DNA of 64,000 nt, taken from Paraphysomonas bandaiensis. Taxonomy: Eukaryota; Protista; Chrysophyceae. Positions 37,118-49,489 of this stretch are shown here, piece after piece; the stretch's first letter is position 1; every line of letters begins with the position of its first letter. The translations under genes and the position numbers were made by a program. The notes below the pieces were generated by a model that saw nothing but the letters and a program-made list of their open reading frames with translations, was not told the origin of the DNA and searched no databases. The stretch covers positions 1-64,000 of the forward strand of contig CBFFRP010000162.1 in NCBI GenBank assembly GCA_965644295.1, read 5' to 3'.

Positions 37118-39073
37118 GACGACTGGGTATGATTCTCTGTCTTACGATCTACTAGAGTATACTTCAACCATTACATGGATATGTCGAGACATACGATACA
37201 ATATAAAAATCAGAGAAAATCTGGAGATATAGATGAAAACTTCTATTTTTTATTAAATTATGGAAAATATTGTTTTAGAAAGGTAGGATTTTCTACTTAG
37301 AACAGGTAACGTACATATACGTAATTGCAGGATTCTGAGGGAATATAAAATAATTTGAAAGTACAATTTCAAACTAGTAAATGTGACCAAGATTTGGCTA
37401 TTAGTCTAAAAATACGGAATTCATGGAAATGTGTACTACAAAATACAGCATTTCAACAGCATTAAATTCGAAAAAGTATTTTTTTGTATAAAACTACACT
37501 ATGTTAAGAAACCTATGGTTTACGAACATTAAAAGCGCAAAACATAGGTTTTTTAAGCATTGCAAAACTAGAAAAATATATTATGCAAACTCTGGAGCTG
37601 CCTGAGAGGTACGTGCCCATCAGCGGTCCATCTTGAGGTGCATAATCCAGCAGTGCACTTGCATCAAGGTATGCATGGGAAACTAACTGCAACTTTTGCT
37701 TCAATGGAGCAAGATATCATGTGATAGTAAGATATGAATACATGCAACAATCAATGATTAGGAATATATTCATGCAACAGTGTGTCGTGTGCAATATTAA
37801 CAGCCTTTCGAAAGTAACTACGAGCTCCTTACCGGGCACTCACAACTCAGACTCATTCATGCATAAGCGTAAGAGGTATGACTCCTATAATGGGATTGTA
37901 AGCATGACATAGTTATATGGTGTTGTCACGCAGTGTAGCAGCCCGCTGGCATGCACTTTGAATCTCTTTAAGACTCTCATAGATAAAGCTTTTTGCCTTT
38001 TCAAGCATATCGTGGTGCAAGTCCAGGGTAGGCAACTGTGCTACACCTCGCCACTGTATCAGCATCAGCAGGTAAATCTTGGAGTAAAAGTGCCTTTTTT
38101 ATTTGAGCAGCAAGCCCATGCGGATAGCTGCACTAGCATTCTTGCTTACCTGCACCCGAAGATTCACAGGGGCATTCAGCATAGAAGTCCAGAGTAGTTT
38201 GACGAACCTCACTCTTTTTTCTGTTTTGAAGCTGCAGTATCAGGATTTATATACGCATATAAATCTCTACACTGTACTGGTGGTTAATACTGTATACATC
38301 ACTATTATACAGATTGCAAACTAAGACAGAGCGTATAGGCAGTACCTCCATGCCAGATAGATAGTCGATTGAATTTCCATGGGTCGGCACAAAGTTCTAC
38401 CTCTGATTTACAAGTACTTCAATAGCATCATGCTGTAGCACAATTCTAGTACTACCTGACTTGATCCATGGTCCTAGTATCTCATGTGAGAACTTTATAT
38501 GTCGTAAGCGTACATGTGACTAAATAGATTAAAAAATTGGGAAATATTTCTTATTGAAACTTATTATAAAATAGAGAAGTTGGTGAGCTGTAATATGTAG
38601 AAGGATTTCGTCTACCGGCTCAATATAAGAGTTCTGTTGAACCACAACGGGTCAAAAAACGCATTTATGAGACTACTAAATATGGATAATAGTCGTATTG
38701 ACTCGAACTATTACGATACAAAAACCCTTTTCTTAAGTTGTTTTTGGGTGTATCTGTTGCACTTGTTATAAATTTCGGCGAGTTCCAAGCAGTATTGTGC
38801 AAGGGAACAGATTGTTATTAGAAATTATCTTTTTATTGCAGATAGATTAACAAGTACTTATTTTCTTACAGCATTCTCTCGTTATATATTATGTATAATT
38901 GTCTTAGCTCGTTCAGAGGCGATAAAACTAGTGGTACTTATAAAAGTTACTATCATAGCGATGAGAGATACACCATTATAGCATAGCCACTTACAATCGA
39001 AATTAGCCACATCAAATATACATACTTCTATTTACTCTAAATTACGATCCAAAGCGATGTTTGTACCAACAAT

Positions 39074-42000
39074 CTACTCATCATTTCGTCGGAGATAAGA
39101 CGCTGGTGCCCACCCAACCTGTCCATAAGTGTTCCGTACAGACCACCAATCCTCCTTGGTGGCATCTTCTATAATCACCGTCTCACCTGCGCGCATATTA
39201 AGCATACCCTCCTGTGCTGCGGCACAATCGAACATAACGGTTGCAGAAGGAGGGAGTGATACTTTTGGTTTGCTTCTCGCTACAGGACGTGGTACGATTG
39301 GTGGCGCTGGGACATCGGAAGATTCCTTTGCAGGCCGAGGTGGTGGTGGAGGCGGGGCATCAGAAGATTCCTTTCCAGGCCGAGGTGGTGGTGGAGGAGG
39401 GACATCTTCTGCTTCGGATTCAGCCCTAGATGTTGAATGCTCGAATGATTTCTTTGCAGTATTTCCTGAAGATATAATATTCCCACCAGCAGATACCATG
39501 GTTACATTAGGAGTAACGGAGCGACGAGGCTTCGCAACACCGGTTGCTGAATTGCTGCCAGCACCGGACAACATCGATGGAGCAAGACTGGAAGTTACTG
39601 CATCTGTGACAGCACGGCCAGTCTTAGACGGAGATTTACCAGCTTGTATAACTACAACATCATGTTCGCGAAATTTTTCGTCTATGATTTTGCCTTGAAA
39701 CTCTTGCAGAAGGTGGTTTAAATCCTCGTTGTTCACTCGCTGGGTTCGGTGACCACTATATGAACAATAATGAAGATAAAGTTTGAAACGATCCTTGGAT
39801 TCTACTGGAGCCTGTCGGACACTATGAATAACTCTATATATGAATGGAAACATCTCACCTGCTGCCGAATGAACATAGCGACGTAGTTGTCAATAGCAAC
39901 GGGGGGTGGGAAGCAGGACAACAGCAGCGATAACATTTTCCACCCCATTGCCAAGGACTCATGAGACGGGTTGTCCGAGAGCTGTTTCATGGTTTGCACA
40001 TACATCTCGGTGCGCATGGCCTCAGATCCTTCAATGCCCGTGTTGAGATATTCCACAGCAAGCATTGCGGGGTCTGCGCAAATATATCGTTAATGTACTA
40101 TCACATTAAAACCAAATACGCACATTGATACTTTCTGTCTCCCATGTAGCCCATTAGGTTCTTGAATTGTTTCACAGCTTCCTTTGCTTCCTTGTTATCA
40201 TGCATTGCAGTCAAAGACTGATGGATCGGTGCCGTTGTGTACTTGAGCATTCCTTTGCAAAGTTCAGTTTTGTTAGTGCCTATTCCGAAAAATTTGCTCG
40301 AGGCCCACTCCATCCCATTTCTGAGTACACCGCATGCTGGGCCAAACTCGAACATAGTGCCATGCATGTCCAGAATTAAATCCTTCAAGCGAATCTCCCT
40401 GTTGATTCGCCGGTCCTCATCACCCATTTCAGTCGCCCTAGTCAATTGCTTTCGTACGAATTTATCTTCAGGGAGCCCCAATGTAGTCTGAATCTCAGTT
40501 ATAGTAGGGCTGTTGTAGGTGTAATCCCTGGCCTGCTCGACTGCAGTCTCCATGTCGGGCTTACTTAGGCGGTTTAGTGCCTCCATCGCCATACGTTCAA
40601 TTTCAGCAACCGCATCTAGCCACGACTTGACTTCCTGTACACAGGGGCTGCTGTAAGAGTACCCTTCTGCCTCCGCAAGAACTTTCTCCATCTCTGACTT
40701 GTCACGAGCGTCGTAAGCCCTCTCAGCCCAAGGATCTATCTTGTTACTGATCTCAAGCCACCTTTCCACCTCTTCTATTTTTGGGCTACTGTAGGCATAC
40801 GCTTTCGCCTCTTGTACAACAAGAATCATCTCACATTTATCAAAAACCTCTAGCGCCTCTTTCGCCCAAGGTTCTAACTTGGCACTGGCAGCCTTTCTAA
40901 GTTTGTCCCTTACTATTTTCTCGGCTTTACTATCACCTCCCTGCCCAGGTATGTGGGAAATAGCATTCGAACGCGTCACAGCAGAGGCGAAATCAGCGAA
41001 GTGCACAGAGGCATCCATGTCCTGCAGCCGACGGAACTCCTGTTCCAACTCAGTCCACTCTTGCAGGGCAAAACGGCGTTCACGACAGGCGACCAGGTAA
41101 TGCGGATCGAAATTGTATATCGCACGATACGGAGCAAATGCATCATTGCTCAGCTGGATAGCATTATCGAACAGAGACACATCATTGCCATTCTTGAGTG
41201 CGCGGTCGCATATTACTTTAACGCGCTTGAGGGCTGCTATACACCGCCGAGATATATACCTCCGCACTTGTCGTTGTGCGATGGCATATATGGTATCGAG
41301 ATAGAGATTGCGCAGCAACTCTAGCACTCTGTGCTCTTCTGCCCGATATAAAACCATTGTACGCCCGATAGCAACTCCAGAGAAGTCTTGTGGTACACTC
41401 TCCAGGATAGTTACACAAGCAGTTTCCATATCCTGGCCTCGGGGAATAGTGATGGAACCATGCTTCTTCTTGAGTAAATAGTGATACCGTGATACAAATT
41501 CTGCGTGAGGAAGCCGAAAAGGATACCCAGTTTTTCGAATCTGTACAGCTTCAAATACCCCGGCGTATGTGAGCTGCTCCAGACACATTACGGCGTTGAA
41601 CTGTTGTGGTCGCTTCGCGTCATTGGGTTTGATACAGCGGATATAGTGAGGGTGTGTCAGGTTACAAACATCCATGAGGTTATTAAGTTGCTTCCTAAAG
41701 GCACCACCCAGTGTATCCACACGCCTAGGGTTGCTGTCTTTGACAGGGAAAAGCTGTTGGAAGTTGGGATGACTTGCGGATGACATTAAATCATAAAGAT
41801 CACGAAATACACTGTCTCTATTCTTATCGCAAAACCCGGTACAATCATACCCCACAGCACCTGCGATGAAGAGAATTTAGTTTTATAGCAGATATTAACT
41901 GCACTACCCACCAGCGTAGTGAAGTACAAAGAAAGAAGTCTTTGATTTAGACTGCACCTTTAACCAGTTCGGGTGGTTGGCGTGGTGAGTGGAGCACTTG

Positions 42001-44159
42001 GCAAGCCACTTTAGCTCGTCTCCTTTTGGTAACCTCACCTCTTCATCTAAGAGATTCATCAAACCGTAGGGTTTCTTCTCGATCAGATCCAGGACTGTCT
42101 GGTTATCGATGAAAGTGACTGGCTCGTACGGCACGCCTTCAGACTCGTAAACATGCTCTTCCTCTTTGAAAGTGTGGGCATTGAAATGTTGCTGCAGCTT
42201 TTCGTTTGTGAAATTGATGCACAGCTGCTCAAAAGAATTCTTCTCAAAAATTTCGAAACCAAATATGTCAAGGACCCCTATGAAGTGTCCAGACTCTCCT
42301 TTCACGGAGGCATTAATCCGCATCACTAGCCAATTAAACAGCTCGTTGTATACTGCCTTAGCAAGGGCATCAGCAGCTTCCTGAGCCTCTTTCGGTTTGT
42401 GTAGAATGTGATTAACTTCGCCACGTATCTCCAAGGTACGATGGCAGAGCGCATTTATTAGTCGCGTGGTCTCGATCTACAAAAAATATGTACCGCGTTG
42501 TCAGAGTACTGTACAAGGATAAATACCCAACCTTCAAGTATTTAGCGGCAGCGTCAACTGCAGTGTTGCACGATGGATCCACTACACTGCCTTCATCATC
42601 AGGCAAAAAAGTCACATTTCCCAGATGCAGTATTCCTGCCACACACTCCATTACCCACTGGATATCGCTCTCAGAAAACTCCAGCTGGTGGAACGCAGCA
42701 CTACAACGATATCACTGTAAGTGAGCAGCACAATATAAGGACTACGAACGTACGTGAGATCAGAGAAATCATCGCTATCGTTGATACCAGGAACAGTGAT
42801 GCACCCGCTGCTACAGAGGTAACGAAAACCCATCGGTCCGCACGACAAACCAAAAGATGATGCCATGTTAGCACAGAGCTACAGATTACGAACTTTAGTT
42901 GAGGACTGCGCAGACATAAGGTCATCATCAATCACCTGATAAAACACATGATAATTTCTTTCGCCTTTATTCTGGAAAACAACTCGACTCTTTTCAAGTA
43001 GGTAATTTTCAATGGCTGCCCCGATGATGCTTCCTCGCCCAGAAAAGTGGACGGCTGTCCATCGGCCAAATCTCGAAGAGTTATTATTTCTGAGAGTCTT
43101 GGCATTTCCGAAGGCCTCAAGGACAGGGTTAGCGTTTAGAATTTTCTGCTCAAGTGCGGATTCCGACCCCGCTATTTCGGCCAAAAAATTGAAACATTGC
43201 TTGGTTGCCTCCGTTTTTCCAGCACCTGACTCGCCCGATATCAGGATAGCTTGATTCCGGAGCTCCGACCTCAAATTTTCATAAGCAGAAGAAGCGATAG
43301 CGAAAGTATGAGGGGGGTCCAATTTATTTGGTGACGGATGGGCAAATTCTGTCATTGTTGAAACAGTGTATATAGGTAGCTGTTTGAATGGATTGATGCT
43401 CACCAATACACTATGAGATGCCCCGACCCAAGTATAGATCTGGTCAGCATTGTACCGTTCCCTAAGTAAATGAATCATCTGTGCCTGGTTGAGGCTGTCC
43501 ACCATGACCATATCGTCCACCTGACTTCCCAGACTAGATTTACTCAGATTCCACAAAGGCTCTTTGGCAGACTGTGTTACAGTCGTCATCGACTTGTCGG
43601 GAAGTACAACAGTGACGTTCGCCCCTGATCTTTCCTTTACTCGCACAGGAATCCAAGCCTCCACAGGATCCGATAACCACACCCATTCTCCGTCATCTTC
43701 CGCGCGTTCTGCGTCACTTTTAAGTGCATACGGTTTGTCCCATGTGACCGATTCAGACAACGTATTGTAATAATAACACACACCATCAGCAGTCAAGCGC
43801 TCTTGCCACATCTTATCAACATCTACACCACTTCTATGAGTAGAAGAAGGTCGACGACAAGGACGTGAAGGAGGAGGTGGTGGTGGTGGTGGATTGGGAC
43901 GATCAATTACTGATACTAACTCTTCAATCTCTTCTATAGGGGTCCAATTACTCATACCATCACACCAAGCCATATTACTACGACCAATACACTGTATACA
44001 TACAATATATACCGTATTAATAGATTATCTTCATAGATATACTGTAGTTATATATATATCTACCTTAGCTTTAACGAGAGAGATAATAGCCTCAGCTGTC
44101 ATTGGATCAGAGGCCTGATTACCAGCGTTATCTACGTAGTAATAATACTTATCTGGCAT
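39074..44159 (-). CDS. Unconventional myosin, class IV-like: GYF_2 - WW - motor - IQ - MyTH4 - Pro-rich - SH3
   Basis: P-loop GESGAGKT, NNNSSRFG, DIFGFE, HYIRCIKPN; WW WQERLTADGVCYYYNTLSESVTWDKP; MyTH4 RTEMYVQTMKQLSDNP...GWKMLSLLLSCFPP; SH3 DWWSV...GWAPASY. First intron 43992-44063. Confidence 0.93.
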
Positions 44160-44352
44160 GGGGATTATATGGAGGGGTAGGAGGATAGGTAGTGTGTATT
44201 GTGGTATGTGTATGGTATGATGAGATGAGAGGTGTGATTGAGATAGATATGAGGATGCCTGTGCTGTGTATATGCATACCCACAGCTACTCCTGTACTGC
44301 TGTATATGAGTGTAAAGATGGTGTAGTGTACTACACAACTAACACTCGATGG

Positions 44353-44439
44353 ATGTATGTATGTATGTATGTATGTATGTATGTATGTATGTATGTATGT
44401 ATGTATGTATGTATGTATGTATGTATGTATGTATGTATG

Positions 44440-44473
<34 letters not shown>

Positions 44474-44736
44474 TGTATGTATGTATGTATGTATGTATGT
44501 ATGTATGTATGTATGTATGTATGTATGTATGTATGTATGTATGTATGTATGTATGTATGTATGTATGTATGTATGTATGTATGTATGTATGTATGTATGT
44601 ATGTATGTATGTATGTATGTATGTATGTATGTATGTATGTATGTATGTATGTATGTATGTATGTATGTATGTATGTATGTATGTATGTATGTATGTATGT
44701 ATGTATGTATGTATGTATGTATGTATGTATGTATGT
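44353..44736. repeat. (TATG)n microsatellite, about 96 units, between divergent myosin and TAF5 starts
   Basis: Near-perfect array with one TATA variant near 44441. Confidence 0.98.
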
Positions 44737-44818
44737 CCAGATCATCTCTCATTCATGTTTATTTCTTCATCCATCTCATCTCGTACCTTAACATACACCC
44801 CCCTACCCCCTTATCTAA

Positions 44819-47148
44819 ATGTCAGATGTCTTACTATTCATTAAGGCGTATCTTAAAAAGAAAGGATACGATAAAGCAGCTAGTGAATTAGATGAAGAGA
44901 TAAGAGAGAAGCATCCCTCACGGTCCAGTCAAATATCTCATACATCACCATTCGGTACAGCTACTAAACTCATAATGGAATTATATGAAAATGAAGATAG
45001 ACATCGTGTATTAGTGGGGGATTATGAGATATATCGTAACTGGGTGTATGAGTCGATTGATATGGTCAGACCTGAGCTACAGGCTACATGTTTCCCTCTA
45101 TTTGTAGGCAGGTATGTATATATATGTATATATATGTATATATATATGTGTATATGGATATATGTATAGATGTGTGTGAGTATGTATCTTATAAAAAGGT
45201 TATTATAATCATTTTGTTTATGTGTTTTGTATACAGTTATATTCTTATGATACGGTCAGCGCTCTACACTGAAGCAAGACAGTTATGGGATGCTGTGAAT
45301 GGCGATTTCATCGATTCTCATGCAGTAGAGATACGGGCACTTTCCCAATTTAATAATGTGTCGCAGTTGAACACTTCATTCATACAAGATAATACTTTCG
45401 TGTACGTATGTTGAGTCGCGGTCGTGTTGTATGTTTACATTTGCTGCTGCAGGAGGCGCGCTCTCCGCGGTAAATTTTGTCTGCAAATATCAGTCCTCGC
45501 TTTTGAGCTACTAAAACGTTTCTTAGTTGAGCGTGGCCTCTTGTCCATCCTTTATGTACTCAACTCAACTATCGAATTCAATATATATCAAAATGGGATG
45601 ACAGAAACAACCGCCTGTTCTGCGAAATTGGAGGACCGTAATTCTACTGGTAAGTCTAATTGCAGTGCGAAGAGTACATCTTATCGATGGATATATGCAG
45701 CAAACCATCAGTCGTTGGATCTTCCCAAAATGACCTGGGGCGTTATGGGCAAGGGTCCATACACAGTGGAGGGGTTGACTTCGTCTGACATCCTTCCTGA
45801 CTTGTCGGACCCTTATTTCAGTAACATTTTAGAGAAGCTTGTGTACCCTAAAATTTTACTTCGGGGGAGAAAGGAAGACGAAGATGGTGACGAGGGCGAT
45901 GATGACTCTGGCGATGCTCTTGAGCCTTCTGTAGTTTTTGCTTCTTTTGGCAATACCTACGGCGGCATGACATGTCTTTCTATGTCCCGTGACGCGAAGC
46001 AGGTGGTAGGTGGATTTGACGACTCTTCTGTTCGTGTGTGGAGCTACAGTGCTAACACTTTCCAGAAGCAGTCGGAAAATGAAGGGGACGATTTTGTCGG
46101 AAATATGACCGAGATACTACCGAGGTATACGTCAGAAGGAAGTATGGAAGAGAGCAGTAATGTTGAGGGTAATTCGTCGACCCCATCCCTACATCGTACA
46201 ACTTCAGCGGGGTCTCAGGTCGGAAATAAGGATGGCAGCACCTATCCATACACATTGACTTTGCGTGGGCACGTGCGTCGCGTATATGGTGTATCCCAGG
46301 AAGAATACAGCGGAGAATTACGACAGGTATTATCGTGTTCAGCTGACGAGACAGTGCGCCTCTGGGACACGCACCTAGGCCGGTGCGTAGCGCGGTATGA
46401 CGTATGCGAAGGGGTGCCTTGGGATGTGAGCATGAGCCCACTTGGCTACTACTTCCTCACTGCCAATCAGTGTAAAACGGCCTCACTCTTCTCGACAGAC
46501 CGACTATTCAGTTTGCGAGTATTCAGTGGACACACCAGTGATGTAACATGTGTGGCTTGGCACCCTAACATGGCTTACGCAGCCGCCGGTAGTGACGATA
46601 GATGCGTTCGCCTTTGGGACATTCGTGCCAAAGGAGAATGTGTACGCTGCTTCGGTCCAGGAAGGGTGCGAGGGACGGGACTTCATGATGGTGCTGCAGC
46701 TGCGGCGTCTTTGTCACCTGTCACCGCTATACAGTGTTCACCTTGCGGCGCCATGCTGGCTGCTGGATACGAGGACGGTACCATCGCATTGTGGGATGTG
46801 CCCTCTCAACAGCTGTCTGCTATACTTTCCGGTAGTGTAGACGGCGGGAATAAGCTGAAGAAAGGATTAAAGCGAATGCGAAGAGATCCCACTGCACCGG
46901 TGTACTCGGTCGCATTTAGTGCTGACAGTTCGGCTATAGTTGCGGGTGGGAGGTCTGGAGTTTTAGGTATATGGAATATCTCACCGGCCTCTAGGTGGAG
47001 TACTGAAAATGGAACCTGTCCCCAGGATCAGCTGCTTATATCTCCACACAAATCATTTCTCACGAAACATACACCTGTATACTACGTTGGATATGGTACC
47101 AACAACATAGTTTATGCGGGAGGAGCAATTGACATACCGTCGTACTGA
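44819..47148 (+). CDS. TAF5: TFIID subunit 5 (LisH, NTD2, WD40)
   Basis: YLKKKGY LisH; NTD2 YRNWVYESIDMVRPELQATCFPLFV; WD40 PWDVSMSPLGYYF, LRVFSGHTSDVTCVAWHPN, FLTKHTPVY. Confidence 0.9.
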
Positions 47149-47429
47149 CGTAATAGCATGTAGAACGCTTAGTTGTAGATTTTTTGCTTTTGTGCTTGCA
47201 AATGCGATTGTGTCCATGTGGAAATGCGGTCGCGAGGGTGGCGCGATTATGTTACTATCATCCAAAGTTATTTTTATCCTCAGTAGGAGATGACCTATAA
47301 AAAGAAAATTATATCTCAAAAACTCTTGCCTTTTTAGCATAAGATAGCCGTAGATAGTAGGTAGTACTTCCCTCCTCTCTTCCGTGATAAATTTGTACGC
47401 TGCTTGACATTCTGTGTATTTTACTAGCT

Positions 47430-47771
47430 ACTGGCTACTGTTGAAACGAATAGAAAAACGATTATTTATTGATGATGAAACAATTAAAAAACGCACTTCG
47501 GAGTTTGGTGAATGTGAGTAAATATATCATGAAAAAGAATTTAAACGAGAGAAACGGCTGCGCTTTTAGATTATAGATTTTGTGTGACTCTTGTAATATC
47601 ATGTTTTTTGACAGGACATCTCGTCTCAACTTTGTATTATCAAAGCAAACGCTGAGAAGAAATGTAGACTACAACGAAAGAAATGTTGGTAACGTTTTAG
47701 TAGAAAGCTATATTGAACGTCTTTTTATTTAGCAATAGGCGTTAAAAACTCGTTCCGATACAGTGGCTAGT
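47430..47771. mobile_element. Possible old MITE
   Basis: Imperfect terminal inverted similarity ACTGGCTACTGTTGAAACGA / TCGTTCCGATACAGTGGCTAGT around an AT-rich interior; no clear TSD. Confidence 0.3.
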
Positions 47772-47831
47772 TGAATACTAGATCTACTAGTTAGACCTCT
47801 ACCCATAATAACTAATCAGCACAAATTCAAT

Positions 47832-48592
47832 TATCCTACTATTTAGCGCTACAGAAGCTGCTTGTGCGTCGCCGCAAGCACCAAGGTGCAACCACTTCCG
47901 TTCTTAATGTTGTGTGTGTCAGGCATAGGTGGAGTTGCCGGAGACGTCGTCGCCGTTGTCTAGGGCCTGATGGTTTCATACGGTCCGGTGCTATGGTCCT
48001 TTGCGTATGGTTGGTGGGGTTCATATGTGCGGTTGGCGGTGTTCCAGTCTCGGTTCGTCTGTGGATTCCTAGTAATCTTAGCACCCTTGGGCGTTTCAAT
48101 TTCTGTCTGTGTTTTGGACACGGCCGCGGTAGTAGCCTTGGGGAACCTTTCTGTAGGGTAACGTATCGTCTACTTCGGTCTTAGATCATTAGCTTCGCTG
48201 CAGCGAAAAGCGGTAGAAGTAATCTGATGACCGCTGATTCGATGCTGCGCAGTCCTTGGGATGTCAGTGACTCATGGATTTGATCTCCAAAAACCATTTC
48301 AAACTGTATAGTTGTGATGGTACCCGTCCAGAATCTCTCCACCTGTGGCACGGAAGGGTTCCAGGCCCTGCTGGAGAGCCGCTGGAGTACAGTGGTGGTC
48401 CATTGGGGTAGTTCAGGATTTCTCAGTTCTTCTCGAAGCGCATTTTTGTGGCTGTGAAATGCAGACTCCCTTATCTGCGTTATGGTGTCATTTGTACTGT
48501 ACTTTAAGGACATAGAGTGAAAGTGATTGCACCTTGGTGTATGAGGTGACGCACAAGCAGCTTTCGTGGCGGAAAATAGTAGGATATCAGAG
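47832..48592 (-). mobile_element. GC-richer coding relic, possibly the 3' part of a non-LTR retrotransposon ORF, bracketed by inverted 73-bp family C repeats
   Basis: Long minus frame broken by one stop (TITQIRESAF...ERFWTGT...); arms 47832-47904 and 48514-48586 match at 60 of 73 positions. The LINE origin is inference. Confidence 0.5.
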
Positions 48593-49489
48593 AACACTAG
48601 ATAGTTAAATTAATTTGCTACACTAGTTCAGAAGTAATAATATCAAATGATTTCTTCGCCTTTTTACATACATACATATTGTACGTATAAATATGAAAGA
48701 GGTTATAACCGAATAGTTTGGAACCGTATGCTGTACAGTGCTAGTTTTGTGTAATAATAGTTTCGGCAGATATGGCAATCATTTTATTGACATCTTGCTT
48801 TTATTGACTGTTTAGACTGGCATTCTACTATAGATCACAAGAAAACATATTTATATGAGGATGATAGCATCAATGTAAGCAGTTTGGAGTTTACTATTTG
48901 GTGAATAGCTTGTTGACAGAGACACAGACAGTACAAATTCTAATATTGAACATGGATAGCGTTCTTCGTTGCAGGTATGTATCAGAATTGTTCGATGTTA
49001 TAATATATATATAGAATATAGTAGATGAGTTAGGTGATTATGAAGTGTAGTTTATGATTAAATCAAATAGATTTCTAAGATACACAAGCATAATCAATAT
49101 AATATATCAAAATTTGCTTAAATAATAACCAATATATTGTTCCAAGCAAAACTAAACAATTGCAACCCAATTTAATTTTACCTGGCCCTGCTAGTTCTGA
49201 CTCTTACACGCCTATTGCTAATAACGAGACATTCACTACTGCAGCAGTAAGTATAAACCAATTCAAGTTATGGAAATATTGAGCAAATATTCGACAAGAC
49301 CAAATGGCCTATGTGACATACCCATTTCAAACTTCCTATATTTTAAACTTATAAAACACTACTTACAACACAACATCAATGACTACAAGATATAGAGTGG
49401 AGTAAGTACCACACAGGCTAGGTATAGCACTTAAATAAATGTAGCTGGTTCTAATTATCACCTCATACTAGAAGCTGCTTGGAACACAG

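Noticed and set aside
44149-44891. Long ORFs of YIHT/MYVC repeats (also 19349-19698, 28062-28329, 53148-53966)
   Set aside because: These are translations of stop-free (TATG)n/(CATA)n microsatellites, not proteins.
48514-48592. Family C repeat as a hammerhead ribozyme (CTGAT...GAAA...GTC on the minus strand)
   Set aside because: The core is CTGATAT, not CTGANGA, the stems do not pair, and variation among copies looks codon-like.
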